Source of the DNA: Felis catus
Taxonomy: Eukaryota
NCBI RefSeq assembly: GCF_018350175.1
Contig: NC_058384.1
Span: 68,076,001 to 68,140,000, forward strand
DNA length: 64,000 nucleotides
Direction of reading: 5' to 3'
Positions within the stretch are counted from its first letter, which is position 1; each line of letters opens with the position of its first letter. The translations under genes were made by a program, and so were the position numbers. Positions 28,901 through 44,540 of this stretch are shown here, in pieces. The notes under the pieces are model-generated. The model saw only the letters and a list, made by a program, of their open reading frames with translations, was not told the origin of the DNA and ran no database searches.

Positions 28901-29146
28901 CTGCTCCTGGTGCTGGCGGGAAAGGGAGGTGTGATTCTAACCTCGGTCCCGTTTTCGGGTTCTTGTGTGCAGTGCTAGCGGTCTTTAACCCCGACTCGAA
29001 TTCTAGGCAAATGGGATTTATCTTGTAGCGCATGGCCCTTCGAGGGACACCAAGAATCAGCATTGGCTGTGAAGTAGGGAGAGCTTGGAGAGGACTTTTT
29101 AGTGCGTGGAACTTTCATTTATTTTTTTCTTTTTAAATGTTTATTT

Positions 29147-30545
29147 CTTTTTTTAAGTCCTTCCCTGTCAGCAATTATTTTTTTATTAATTCATTTATTG
29201 TTTAATTTACATCCAAGTTAGCATATAGCGCAACAGTGATTTCAGGAGTAGATTCCTTAGTGCCCCTTCCCCATTTAGCCCACACCCCTCCCACCACCCC
29301 TCCAGTAACCCTGTTTGTTCTCCGTATTTAAGAGTCTTTTATGTTTTGTCCCCCTCCCTGTTTTTATATTATTTTTGCTTCCCTTCCCTTTTGTTCATCT
29401 GTTTTGTCTCTTAAAGTCCTCATATGGGTGAAGTCATATAATTTTTGTCTTTCTCTGACTAATTTCGCTCAGCATAATACCCTCCAGTTCCATCCACGTA
29501 GCTGCAAATGGCAAGATTTCATTCTTTTTGATTGCCGAGTAATACTCCATCATATATATAGACCACATCTTCTTTATCCATTCATCCTTCGATGGACATT
29601 TGGGCTCCTTCCATCCTTTGGCTGTTGTCGATAGCGCTGCTGTAAACGTAGGGGTGCGTGTGTCCCTTCGAAACAGCCCACCTGTATCCCTTGGATAAAT
29701 ACCTAGTAGTGCAATTGCTGGGTGGTAGGGTAGTTCTACTTTTAATTTTTTCAGGAACCTCCACACTGTTTTCCAGAACGGCTGCACCAGTTTGCATTCC
29801 CACCAGCAGTCCACATCCTCACCAACGTCTGTTGTTGCCCNNNNNNNNNNNNNNNNNNNNNNNNNNNNNNNNNNNNNNNNNNNNNNNNNNNNNNNNNNNN
29901 NNNNNNNNNNNNNNNNNNNNNNNNNNNNNNNNNNNNNNNNNNNNNNNNNNNNNNNNNNNNNNNNNNNNNNNNNNNNNNNNNNNNNNNNNNNNNNNNNNNN
30001 NNNNNNNNNNTGGATTATTTATTTTTCGGGTGTTGAGTTTGACAAGTGCTTTCTAGATTTTGGATACTAACCCTTTATCTGATATGTCGTTTGCAGATAT
30101 CTTCTCCCATTCTGTCGGTTGCCTTTTAGTTTTGCTGATTGTTTCCTTCACCGTGCAGAAGCTTTTTACTTTGATGAGGTCCCAATAGTTCATGTTTGCT
30201 TTTGTTTCCCTTGCCTCTGGAGACACTTGAGTAAGAAGTTGCGATGGCCAAGATCAAAGAGGTTTTTGCGTGCTTTCTCCTTGAGGCTTTTGATGGCTTC
30301 CTGTTTTACATTGAGGTCTTTCATTCATTTTGAGTTTGTTTTTGTGTACGGTGTAAGAAAGTGGTCTGGGTTCATTCTTCTGCATGTTGCTGTCCAGTTT
30401 TCCCAGTACAACTTGAAGAGACTGTCTTTATTCCATTGGATATTCTTTCCTGCTTTGTCAAAGATTATTTGGCCGTATGTTTGTGGGTCCATTTCTAGGT
30501 TCTCTATTCTGTTCCATTGATCTGAGTGTCTGTTTTTGTGCCAAA
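29147..30545 (-). mobile_element. 5'-truncated carnivore L1 (ORF2 C-terminus plus 3' UTR), nested in a SINE tail
   Basis: Minus-strand translations [63 protein letters not shown] and WHKNRHSDQWNRIENLEMDP are L1 ORF2 motifs. AATAAA plus A-tail near 29178-29199. TSD AAATGT(T/G)TATTT at 29135-29146 and 30546-30557. Confidence 0.93.
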
Positions 30546-30740
30546 AAATGTGTATTTTTGAGACAGAGCGAGAGCTCACGCAGTGGAGGGGCAGAGAGAG
30601 AGGGAGACACAGAACCCGAAGCAGGGTCCAGGCTCTGAGCTGTCAGCACAGAGCCCGACACAGGGCTTAAACTCAGGAACCGTAAGATCATGACCTGAGC
30701 TGAAGTCGGAGGCTTAACCACTCAGCAATCTAGGCATCCC
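30546..30740 (-). mobile_element. Can-SINE body; its tail lies at about 29121-29146, split off by the L1
   Basis: GAGACACAGAACCCGAAGCAGGGTCCAGGCTCTGAGCTGTCAGCACAGAGCCC...AGATCATGACCTGAGCTGAAGTCGGA. TSD CTTTCATTTATTT at 29112-29124 and 30743-30755. Confidence 0.9.
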
Positions 30741-31020
30741 AGCTTTCATTTATTTCTATTATAAACGGTAAAGCTATGTACTTAACCCTCTTGACAAGAA
30801 AAAGCCTAACTCCCCCCCCCCCCTCCCGCCCCGTCCAGATAGTGCTTAATTTGAACATCACCTTTGCCAATTTGGGTCTTCTAGGTACCAGTGAGGGCAG
30901 TGACTAGGGGATGCCACGTGTCCACTTTCGATTCTTACATCATCCTAGCTTACTCTCATTTCAGTTGCTTTTGATCTAAAAGTGCTTCTTAAATTTTAAT
31001 GTTTGATCATCTGGGACCCT

Positions 31021-31133
31021 CCTTTTAAAAATTTGTTTTAATTTTTTTAAATAATCTCTATGCCCAACATGGGACTTGAACTGACGACCAGGAGAGAGTT
31101 GCATGCTGTATGGACTGCACTAGCCAGGCTCCC
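31021..31133 (-). mobile_element. Older carnivore SINE with TSD CATCTGGGAC
   Basis: T-rich tail, AATCTCTATGCCCAACATGGGACTTGAACT and TAGCCAGGCTCCCC. Direct repeat at 31008-31017 and 31134-31143. Confidence 0.8.
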
Positions 31134-31511
31134 CATCTGGGACTTTAATATGCTGATTAAGTCTCCCCCATTCAGGAGGTTTGGGTGGGAGCTTGAGATC
31201 TGCATTTAACAAGCTCTCCTGTCATGCTGACGCTGCTGGTACCTGGACTATGTTTTCTGTAGTGAACACATAAAATTCATGCATCACTGGGAGGACAGCC
31301 GAACCACACCCACCCTCATTTTACTCTCCTAAAGCCCCAGATAGATGATACCCATTTTACAGATGGGCAACAGGCTAAGAAAAAGGAAGGGATGCCATCC
31401 AGCAACCCCAAAACAAAAAACAAAGGTAGAGCCAGACTTCTAGACTATTCTTTCTCAAGCGATAAGCCCTGTGTGTTTTTCAATTAAAAGAACCTCAGCT
31501 CAAAAAAAAAA

Positions 31512-31620
31512 ATTTTTTTTTAAGATTTTAAAGTGATCTCTGCACCCAGCGTGGGGTTCAAACTCACGACCCCAAGATCAAGAGCTCTGTGCTGTACCAA
31601 CTGGCCCAGCCAGATGCCCC
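31512..31620 (-). mobile_element. Older carnivore SINE
   Basis: TTTTTAAGATTTTAAAGTGATCTCTGCACCCAGCGTGGGGTTCAAACTCACGACCCCAAGATCAAGAG...GCCAGATGCCCC. Confidence 0.8.
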
Positions 31621-31752
31621 TATAAAGCGAATTTAAAGGCAAAACAAAAGTCCCACTTGCCTGACAATAAGTCACATGAGCCATCATCTTTACTAGCAAT
31701 GGTGATAGTGTCTCCCCCCCCCCCCCAACAGCTCTGATCCAATCGTCTATCT

Positions 31753-31927
31753 GTGGGTTCTCAAGCTTGAGTGGGCGCCAGAATCACCTGGAGAGCCTGT
31801 TAAAACCTTGCTAGGCCTAACCGTCAGAGTTTCTGATTCAGCAGGTCTAGGGTGGAGTCCAATAATTTGCATTTCTAACAAGGCTTGAGGTGAAGTCATG
31901 CTCTGGTTCAGGGACCACAACTGAACT
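31753..31927. mobile_element. MER5A-like hAT DNA transposon remnant
   Basis: GGTTCTCAAGCTTGAG...CAGAATCACCTGGAG...CAGAGTTTCTGATTCAGCAGGTCTAGGGTGG...ATTTGCATTTCTAACAAG...GGGACCACA. Confidence 0.75.
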
Positions 31928-32046
31928 CCTGCCATAGTAGTAAATGGGTGGATGATGGGGGGGGGGGGGGCAGGGAGATAATTTCCTTTATTTAGTACTG
32001 CTGTGATTTTTAAAAGTAGGGGGCAAGCTATTATTTGGATGAATGC

Positions 32047-32163
32047 TTTTTTTTTTTTTAAGGTTTTGTTTTGAAGTAATCTCTTCATCCAACATGAGAC
32101 TCGCACTCACGACCCTGAGATCAAGGGTTGCATGCTCCACCGACTGAGCCGGCCAGGGGCCCC
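32047..32163 (-). mobile_element. Older carnivore SINE
   Basis: Poly-T tail, AGTAATCTC...ACTCACGACCCTGAGATCAAG...CCGACTGAGCCGGCCAGGGGCCCC. Confidence 0.8.
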
Positions 32164-33212
32164 TTGGAGAAATGTTTTCTCAAACAACTACAGCTTATAC
32201 CTGTTTCCCCAAAGGTTAGTATTCCAGCTACCTGCAGAAAAATGCTTGAAATTCCCACATCCAGGCCACACCCCAGACCAATTAAGTCAACATCTCTCAG
32301 GGTCGGCTCAGGCACCAGAACTTGCCAGGAAAAACAGCAGGGGTTGCCCTCCCCGCCCCCCTCTCCTGCCCCCAGGTGTGCCTGAGCCTTGGGCCCGGCA
32401 GGAAGGGGGCACAGGGCAGCCTCTGGCTGACGGCCTCCTCCCTTCACCCTCTCGTGCCCTTCAGATACCAGGACTACAGTGAAGGTGCCATCCCGGGCTG
32501 TAGGAAGCAGTTCGTTTGCTTTCTTGAGGTGATGTCTCCCCACAGCCTTTAGCTCAGGCTAACAGAGCAGCATACCGTTTCAGATGTTTGACAGAAAGTC
32601 TGCTTGAAGTAGGTTAAAAACCGGTTACACGAATGTTGAAACGACCCTCATTATTAGCAAAGAGCTGGGCTTCATGATCTAAGCGAAGGGGGCACAACCA
32701 CAAACAGGGTGCTGCTCGCAGCGACCCCAAGAGGGGAGACCTCGACAAGCAAAGAATCAGATCGTAAAAACTTCCTCTTTAATCAAGGCTTTTTAACACG
32801 GAACAGGTTTCTTGAATAAAACGGACAGTTTCCAGTACAATGAAACACGAACCACCATACAACATACAACACCTGGCAGGAAGAAACAAAACGGCAGGTT
32901 TACGCAATCCCTGCCACGGCCTCATGCTTAGAGGAGCCGCTTCCTCCATCTACCAAGTGTGTTCTGCAGGATACAGAGCTCGGCAGGGCTTCTGGGGTCG
33001 CGCTCGGCCGAGGCTGCAGCCCGAACGGCGCTCAGCCGGCTGGGCCGTGCTGCTGTTGGCTCAGGCGAAGCGGTCACCAGCACAAACAGTCTGAACATCC
33101 TTTCAATATCAAAGTGGGAAGCAAGAAGGCAATGGAATAATGTCACCCGAAGATGTCGTTAGCACGTGAGGACAGCTGTGCGAAGCCCGAGGCCGAAAGG
33201 TGGCTGCCGGCT

Positions 33213-36300
<3,088 letters not shown>

Positions 36301-39300
36301 GCCGGGGAGAAAGTTGGAACGACAACCTAAGGAGGCAGTAGCGTGATCCGGAACCAAATCGGGCCGCGGTGCGGTGCGGCGACTCCATGAGGCCCTGGTG
36401 AGTTGGGCCTTTCCCTTCTCCTTAGGTGACCCGCTCCTCCACCCCGGAACCCCTCTCCCGGGACCCTACTTCCGGTCTTCGTGGATAAGTCCCGCCCCCC
36501 GAGACCCCCTCCCCGGAAGTCCCACCCCCCAACTTCAGGGGGCTCCCCGAACCCCGACTTGTTTTCTGCTTATTGTCCACGACCCCACCCTGCCGCCCAG
36601 CTTTCCTGGAAGCCCCACCCCCGGACATGCTTCCAAGCCCTAGTGCAAGAAACCCGACGGTAGTCCTTCCAATTCCCCGAGACCCCGCCTCCTCGCGACG
36701 GGTCTCCGCTACCTCCTGTCCATCAAAGAGCCTATCTCTCGAAAGAGCAGAGCGCCGCCCCTCAAAGAACGCTAGGGACGCGTGGAGCCACGCCTCCCCG
36801 AGGCCCCGCCTCTCTCCAACCACGTCGGGCTGAGCGGACACCCCGCCTGCTAGAAGTCTCGGGTCCCCGCGACCTAGGGGCCACGCCCCCTGAGGGGCTG
36901 CTCGGGGGGCGACCCCGGTCCCCGCCTCGGAAGCGCGGTCTTCAGCTCCGAAGACCCTGGCTCACATAGTTCCCTTTTTTCTTTTGGGCCTCGGGCTCCG
37001 TTTTCCTGAGCGCTCGTGCCCCAGCAGGTGGGACGTCAAAGTGTCCCCGCCGGTTCTGAGCGGTGAGAGGTTAGAGGCAGCCCTTGGCCTCCCCCTGCCC
37101 CCTTCCCAGGGTGGGCCCGCGTGAAGGGGGCTGGACTTGGGGAGCGAGGCTTGCTCCTGGGTTCCCAGCCCCGCTACCGGAGCTTCCCCTCCCAGGACCG
37201 ACTCCGCCCCAGGGACAGCTGTAGGTCTCACACCTGCACCTCGGGAGCCGGTAGGGCCATGGGTTTGTCGGTGTGCGACCTGTGGGTGCGACAGGAGCGA
37301 GCGCTGTCCGCTGCCAGGGGACAGCGGCTTGGAGGGGTGGAGGGGACAGTGGCCCTTTTGCAGGGACTCCTCAACCCCCACCGCTCCTTTGGCCCTTCCC
37401 CTCCCCCTGAGCAGAGTTCCTGCCTGGGCATTCCTCCTGGGCCCGCTCGCCCGGCCTTCCCTTCTGGAAACATTCCTGAGGCTTTCGCCATTTCCTGCTA
37501 CTTGCCTCCTCCTCCTCCCTGCTGGGCTGGGAAGCCACCAGCGGCTTCACCCCCACACCCGGCCACCCGGACTCCCGGGAGGCGGGCTCCTTTTTTCCTA
37601 TGCAAATTTACAAAAGCCCTACTTCCTACTTCTTTTCTTCCGAACGCCCACACCTGTCGCTCGTTCCCGGCCTCTGGATTCCGCGGGCTCCCGCGGCTGG
37701 AGGACGTCTTGGCAGGTGTGGGGGGTGTGAGGCTGTGGCGAAGCCTTTCCTCATTCTCTCGGACGTGGAGTGATAGAATTGTGCTCGGGAGTGACCAAGC
37801 TGTCCTCGATTGAGGACTAGGGCAGGTGAAAGAGTTAAGTGGTGGCATTATTAATCATTATAATCATATCATTTGCACCCTTATCTTAAGTAAATTTGAG
37901 AGTAGATCATTCCAAGGTGAACGTGGGGGTTCTGCGTATCTTTTGCTACTTGTTTGCTGACACCCCCCCCATCTTCCTCCGTGGCCCCCTCAAGCAGAGC
38001 TGTGGCAGGAAGCTGTGGGTGGGAGGGATGGGTTTGGGGCTGTTCCCTGCGTCCAGCCTCAGCCCATCCCTGGCGCCCCTGGGCACAGATTTGCCATCTG
38101 CCCCCTCTGTCCCTTTGCGGCCCGTAACCCCCGCTTCTGTTGGAGGGAGAACTGTTTCCCTCTCCCACGTCCTCCAGTCACATTCGGCCCCTGGCGGACA
38201 CCCGCGCCTTCCCTGGTCCCTGCAAGAGAGTGCGTTCAGGGAGCTGACCTTAGTGTCAGTGTCTTGCCACCCACCCACCCTTGACAGCTTGCTTTGCTAA
38301 CTAGGCCCGTGGAAGGTGGGGGGGAGACACCAGAGTGCTGGCCACTACTCCTCGGCATGGTGGGTGCCACGGAGGGAGCGAGGCTCCGTCAGCTTGTCCT
38401 CTGTTCCACCTCCTACCAGGTGGTTCCCTGAGGCACCACCCAGGTTGGACTTCGTTCCCCTTTCAACACAGGCTTTGCTCTTCCTCCTGGCCCCTCTGCG
38501 TCCCCTGGGGCCACTACCAACCTTTCCCCATTTCTTTACCTCCCGTCCACCGCTGTTGTAGCAGAGGGTGCTAATGGCCCAGGCTCCCTAGGGCCACCAC
38601 CCCACTGTGCCATAGCGGTGGGGGTAGCCTGCCCTGGGCTGCGGGAGGGGGGACTTTGAGTGTTCCACCAGGACAGGAAGGGAAGTGCTGAGCTCAGGGA
38701 TCCCCTCCCTTTTCCACCCCCAGCTGCCTCTGTTTCCTCTCTCATTCCCCCCTACTCTCCCGTGGCTTCCTGCTCCCTTTGGCCTGCCCATGTCCTGTTT
38801 GGATTGATCCAGACCTATCCTTATTTCCCTCCTTTCCTTCTCATTCCTACATGCTTCCCTCCCACCCCCACTTTGCTCCCCTCCCCGATTACTGGTGGTT
38901 GTCTGGGGGCAGGGTGGGGACACGCATGGCTCTGTCCCTGCCGAGTCCGGGGCTGTGGCAGTGGTGGGGGTTCAGCCCCTTAGAGCCTGTGAGTCAGCAC
39001 TGTCCTCGGGATTGGGCTCTCGGCTTAGCTCCCCGCCCCTGGGGAGGAGCCAGGCAGCTCTGGGTCCAGCCTGTTCTCTTCTCCGCCAGAGAAGAGGCTC
39101 CACGCTGGGCGGGGATGGGGCCTGAAACTCTCTGGGTCTGAGCGGGGGTGGGCGCTGGTGCCACTTACCCTCTCCCTTCCCAGGATCCTTGAGATCTCCT
39201 GGGCCAGAGAGGTCCGGTCAGGCTAAAGGCCTGGGGATGCCCCCTGCCTGGCCCCCTTGCCCTGACTGGCAGGGGGGCCAGGCTGGGCAGCAGCCTCCCT

Positions 39301-39312
39301 CTCACTCCAGCC

Positions 39313-42300
39313 ATGGATCTCCTGCCCCCCAAGCCCAAGTACAATCCTCTTCGGAATGAGTCTCTGTCATCGCTGGAGGAGGGGGCTTCGGGGTCCACCC
39401 CGCCGGAGGAGCCGCCTTCCCCCTCGGCCTCGTCCCTGGGGCCTATCCTGCCTCCTCTGCCTGGGGACGAGAGTCCCACCACCCTGTGCTCCTTCTTCCC
39501 CCGGATGAGCAACCTGAAGCTGGCCAACCCAGCTGGGGGGCGCCCGGGGCCAAAGGGGGAGCCAGGGAGGGTGGCTGAGGATGGGGAGGGGATCGTAGGG
39601 GCGGCCGCGCCAGACNNNNNNNNNNNNNNNNNNNNNNNNNNNNNNNNNNNNNNNNNNNNNNNNNNNNNNNNNNNNNNNNNNNNNNNNNNNNNNNNNNNNN
39701 NNNNNNNNNNNNNNNNNNNNNNNNNNNNNNNNNNNNNNNNNNNNNNNNNNNNNNNNNNNNNNNNNNNNNNNNNNNNNNNNNNNNNNNNNNNNNNNNNNNN
39801 NNNNNNNNNNNNNNNNNNNNNNNNNNNCTCCCCGCTCCCTCCAGAGCCTCCAGTCCCTCTGCCCACCCATCTCCCAGCACCGCCTTGCTTTCAGGGTCCT
39901 GTTTCTCAAACCTTTCTTGCCCCTTCTCCCATTCTGGACCCCTCCCTGGGCCCCTTCCTTCTTGTGACTCCCCCCCCCCCCATCCCCTTCCCCCCTCCTG
40001 CTCAGCATGCCGCCCAGCGTGGCGGAGGCCCCTAGTAAATGTTGGAACGAGTGACCCTGGATTGTGTCCTCCGGTCTTCTCCCCCTGGAGATGTCACTCC
40101 CCCCCCCCCCCCCCCCCCCCCCCCCCGTGCCTGTCGCTGTCCTCTGGAGTCTCTTCCCAGATGCATGAGGTTCTCCCAGCCTGCCTCTTCCCCTCATTTC
40201 CTGTTGTCTTGCACGTTGTGGGGTGTAGCCTCGGGCAGTGGGCGAGATGCCTTCATCTTCACTCTTCCCTTGGCGGCTCAGAGGGGAAAGACCCGGGGCT
40301 CTTCGTGAAGGGGTGGGGGGAGGCGGCTGACCCGTCACCCTCGGTCCCCTCCCCTCAGTACATGGGCTGTGTGGAGGTCCTGCAGTCGATGCGCGCCCTG
40401 GACTTCAACACCCGCACCCAAGTCACCAGGTTAGTGGGGTGGGAGCAGACTGGGGGAGGAGGGACGCGGGTCACTTGGTGGCTTGCAGGTGGTAGCTTAT
40501 CTTTTGGTAAAGGGGATGGAGAGAAAGGTAGGGGAGCAAGTCTGAGTCTGAATGAAAAGAGGCAGCTCTCATCTGGATCCTTCCTCCTCCGGCCCATGAG
40601 CTGCGGGGGGGCCGCCGTGGCAAAGCCAGTTGGCAGCTGGAGCCTGAGTGGAACCTGGGCGGATGGTCGGTGACTGCTGCCTTTGGGAAGGGGAGGGGAC
40701 ATTCGCTAGCTGGAAGGGGGTGGGGCCGGGCCCCCGCTGAGGCCCTAACCCAATCAGCCAGGAAGTGGCCTCTCCGTGTCATCAAATATTAAAGGCCCTT
40801 AATTCAATCCACCACGACAAAGAGCCTGGAGTGCCCCTGGAGTCTGGCCTGGTCTTCCCCTCCCCCTGCCCCATGGCAGCCCGAGCTGAGTGGGAGGCAG
40901 GCTCTGGGTCTGAGGACCTCTCTCTCCCCAGGGAGGCCATCAGTCTGGTGTGTGAGGCTGTGCCCGGTGCGAAGGGGGCAACAAGGAGGAGAAAGGTACC
41001 CCGGGGCCGGTGGGGCTGGAGGTGCTGCTGGGAAACATGGGGTGGCGGTGGGGGGGGTTCCTGGGGCGGGGAGCCGCAGCTTCTGAGAGCCTTGGGCCCT
41101 CCCCTAGCCCTGTGGCCGCCCGCTCAGCTCCGTTCTGGGGAGGAGTAACCTGAAGTTTGCAGGAATGCCAATCACTCTCACCGTCTCCACCAGCAGCCTC
41201 AACCTCATGGCCGCAGATTGCAAACAGGTTGGTGGGGTTGGGCGAGGGGGCCAGAAACACTGCTGGAAGGGCCGAGCAGGACCTGGTCGCAGTGCCGGGA
41301 GCCAGGACAGTCAGGAAGGAGGAGCTTAGAAGGGCCTGGGCTGAGAGGCCAGAAGGGCGGGACCGGCCGCCAGGGCTCGGGGCTGCGGCCGCCCAGGTAG
41401 GCCCTGAGGCTGCCTGACGTGTTTCATTCCCCTCCTCTGTCCCCTGCCCTGACCCTCAGATCATCGCCAACCACCACATGCAGTCTATCTCATTTGCGTC
41501 CGGTGGGGACCCGGTGAGTGGCCGAACGGGGCACAGGTGGTGGGGGCAGAGTAGGGGCCAGGCGCTGGGGAGACACCGGCTGGAAGCGGTGGTGTGGTGT
41601 CTGAAAAGCACTGGGTTGGCGGGGGCGGGGGCGAGGCGGGGCTATACAGTCGAGCTAAGTGGCTTCTTCTGACCCTGCCCGACCCCAGGACACAGCTGAG
41701 TACGTCGCCTATGTTGCCAAAGACCCGGTCAATCAGAGAGGTGAGGCGCGGTGGGGAGCGCTGGGTGGGGCCGGCTGTCCGTGAGGCAGGTGAGCAGGAC
41801 CTGGGGAGCTAAGCGGGGGCCCTGGAAGGCGAGGGCCCTGTCTGCGCCCCCGCCACCCCCCCCCACCCCCACCCCCAGCAGTCCGCCTCCGAGCTCACCG
41901 ACAGCCTGTGCTGTGCCCGCAGCCTGCCACATCCTGGAGTGTCCCGAAGGGCTTGCTCAGGACGTCATCAGCACCATCGGCCAGGCCTTCGAGCTGCGCT
42001 TCAAACAATACCTCAGGAACCCGCCCAAGCTGGTCACCCCTCACGACAGGTGAGCGGGTCTGGGGGTGGGGCAGCTCCCGGGCCCCAGGCCGGAACTGAG
42101 AAAGCGAGTCTGCCCCACTGCCCACACGCGAACTCAGAGGGGGTCGGGGCGTGGAACCTGTGTGCCCTCGGCCATCGGGAGAATGTGTCCTGCCTGCTGC
42201 AGGCCGGTTCCTCCTCTCACGTGCCAGACTCCACGCCCCCACCGTCCCTGCCTGCGTGGACCTTTCTATCCCCGGCCACCTTGGTGCCAGCGCGCTTCTC

Positions 42301-44540
42301 TTTTCTTGCCCGTTTGGCCGTCCTTGGTTTTTCATTTTCCTGCCCGTGGAAGCCATCAGGAATTTGGGGTGCGGGAGGATGTTTTATTCCCACGATCTCT
42401 ACCTTTCCTTCCTGCCTTAGGCTGGTAGCTATTGAGTATTTGGAGGAGATTAAATTAGTCTGGATCGTATCTTTTCCTGCTACCCTGTGCCTCCCCTCCC
42501 TCTCGGGAGACAGCATAACAACCAAGGGTGTGAACTTTAGGGTCAAATCCGATTCCGTGGCTCTGCTCCACCACCGTGCGATTGTGAAGCCGCGGGCAGA
42601 TTCTCCGGCTCTGACCCGCCTCTCTCGTCTCTAACGTTGGAGAAGGAAGTAATAGCTACTTGCAGGGCCCCCGGGAGGGTGGTGCGGCTGTGTGTAGAAA
42701 ACAGCTGGCCTTGGGCCCACCCGCAGGCAGCGCCCAGCCCGTGGCCACCGTCTGTGCCCTCCCTCTCTCCTGCCCCTCTCAGGATGGCTGGTTTTGATGG
42801 CTCGGCTTGGGACGAGGAGGAGGAAGAGCCACCTGACCACCAGTACTATAATGACTTCCCGGGGAAGGAGCCGCCTCTCGGGGGAGTGGTGGACATGAGG
42901 CTTCGGGAAGGAGCTCCCCCCGGGGCTGCTCGACCCACTCCACCCGGGGTGCAGACCCCCAGCCACCTGGGAGCAACGCTGGTAAGTGGCTCGGAAGGAG
43001 GTGGGCTGGGCCCGGGTTGGCAGTAGCAGGTTTGGGCTTCTGGTAACGTCTTGTTTTTGTCCCCGCAGCCCGTGGGGCAGCCTGTTGGGGGAGACCCAGA
43101 AATTCGCAAACAGATGCCACCTCCACCGCCCTGCCCAGGTGTGAAGGGAGCCGGGGCGGTGGGGGGGGGCGGGCGGAGTCGGGGCGCAGGAGGCTGGACT
43201 GGGGTCACTGTGAAGCCTCTCTCTCCTCAGCAGGTAGGGAGCTCTTCGACGATCCTTCCTACGTCAACGTCCAGAACCTGGACAAGGCCCGGCAAGGAGG
43301 GGGTGGGGCCGGGCCCCCCAATCCTGCCATCAATGGCAGCGCGCCCCGAGACCTCTTTGACATGAGTGAGTGCTCCCCTCTCCTCTCTGCATGGCTGTCT
43401 TCCCACTTGGCTCCTCTTCTTCTGCCCTGCGCCTTCCTCCCCGGAGGTCTGGGTCCTGGCGTGTGTCGTGCCCCCTGCCTTTCTTAGCCTTCTCTTTGCA
43501 CCCCCAGAGCCCTTCGAGGATGCCCTTCGCGTGCCTCCACCTCCCCAGTCAGTGGCCATGGCCGAGCAGCTGCGAGGGGAGCCCTGGTTCCACGGGAAGC
43601 TGAGCCGGCGGGAGGCGGAGGCCCTGCTGCAGCTCAACGGGGACTTCCTGGTGCGGGAAAGCACGACCACGCCGGGCCAGTACGTGCTCACCGGCCTGCA
43701 GAGTGGGCAGCCCAAGCACCTGCTCCTGGTGGACCCGGAGGGCGTGGTGAGTGGTGGGGGTAGGCGGGAGGCTGCGGCCCCCTCCTTCCCTCACTGCTTC
43801 CTGCTGTCCCTGCTTGGCGTTTGTGCGCAGGCACCCCTCTCCACCAGTCCAGGTTCCTTCCCTCACACCCCCGGGCCTGAGCTCTGTTCCTTTCAACCCG
43901 CAAAGCCCCAGCCCCCTAGCCCATCTGGGCAGGAAGGTGTTCTTCTTGCCTGAGCCCCTCTTTTAACAAATGAGGAAACCGTCCTGGAGAGGAGCCGCCC
44001 CCGGTCCTCCAGACTCAGGGCTCAGACCAGTGTCCTGTTATGTCTCTGCACTGCCCCCACTGCCCCTCATAACTTTGGGCTCTTTTCTAGAGCAGTCTCC
44101 GTCTCGTTTCCCTGTCTTTTCTGCGCTGCATGTCGCCTCCCGGGTCAGAAGAGGAGTAGATAGTCCTCAGCGTCACAGTTCCTAGGCAGACGTCCCCTCT
44201 GCCTTTTCCCAGTTCACTGAGCTGTCTGTTCCCGGGGCCAGCTCCGGATTCTCCTTCTCGAGAAGCTTCAGTGATCAGGACTGACAATCCTCCCATCTGC
44301 CATCCTTTTCTCCTTCAACCCTCTTGAATATTCTGGCTTCCTCAGCCTTGGGGGCTGAGGTCTTACTTCGACTCTTCACCTGCATTGACCTTCTCCCTTT
44401 ACGCTCACCAGGTTCGGACAAAGGATCACCGCTTTGAGAGCGTCAGCCACCTCATCAGCTACCATGTGGACAATCACTTGCCCATCATCTCTGCGGGCAG
44501 TGAACTATGTCTCCAGCAGCCTGTGGAGCGGAAGCTGTGA
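39313..44540 (+). CDS. SHC1: SHC-transforming protein 1 (p66Shc; p52/p46 starts are in the gap); exons 39313-~39807 (end in gap), 40359-40429, 40932-40995, 41108-41227, 41460-41513, 41689-41740, 41923-42049, 42783-42981, 43069-43138, 43231/43234-43365, 43508-43746, 44412-44540
   Basis: CH2 domain [20 protein letters not shown] with the Ser36-Pro site. PTB exons [24 protein letters not shown] and [20 protein letters not shown]1 YYNDFPGK and YVNV motifs. SH2 [12 protein letters not shown]...FLVRES, ending VERKL*. Confidence 0.97.

Noticed and set aside
29341-30579. ORFs with reverse-transcriptase-family C-terminal motifs
   Set aside because: Fragments of a truncated, frameshifted L1 ORF2, not a host gene.
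40099-40126. Long C/G homopolymers (also near 28476, 47047 and 49318) as functional elements
   Set aside because: Their lengths are unreliable in sequencing and there is no other supporting signal.
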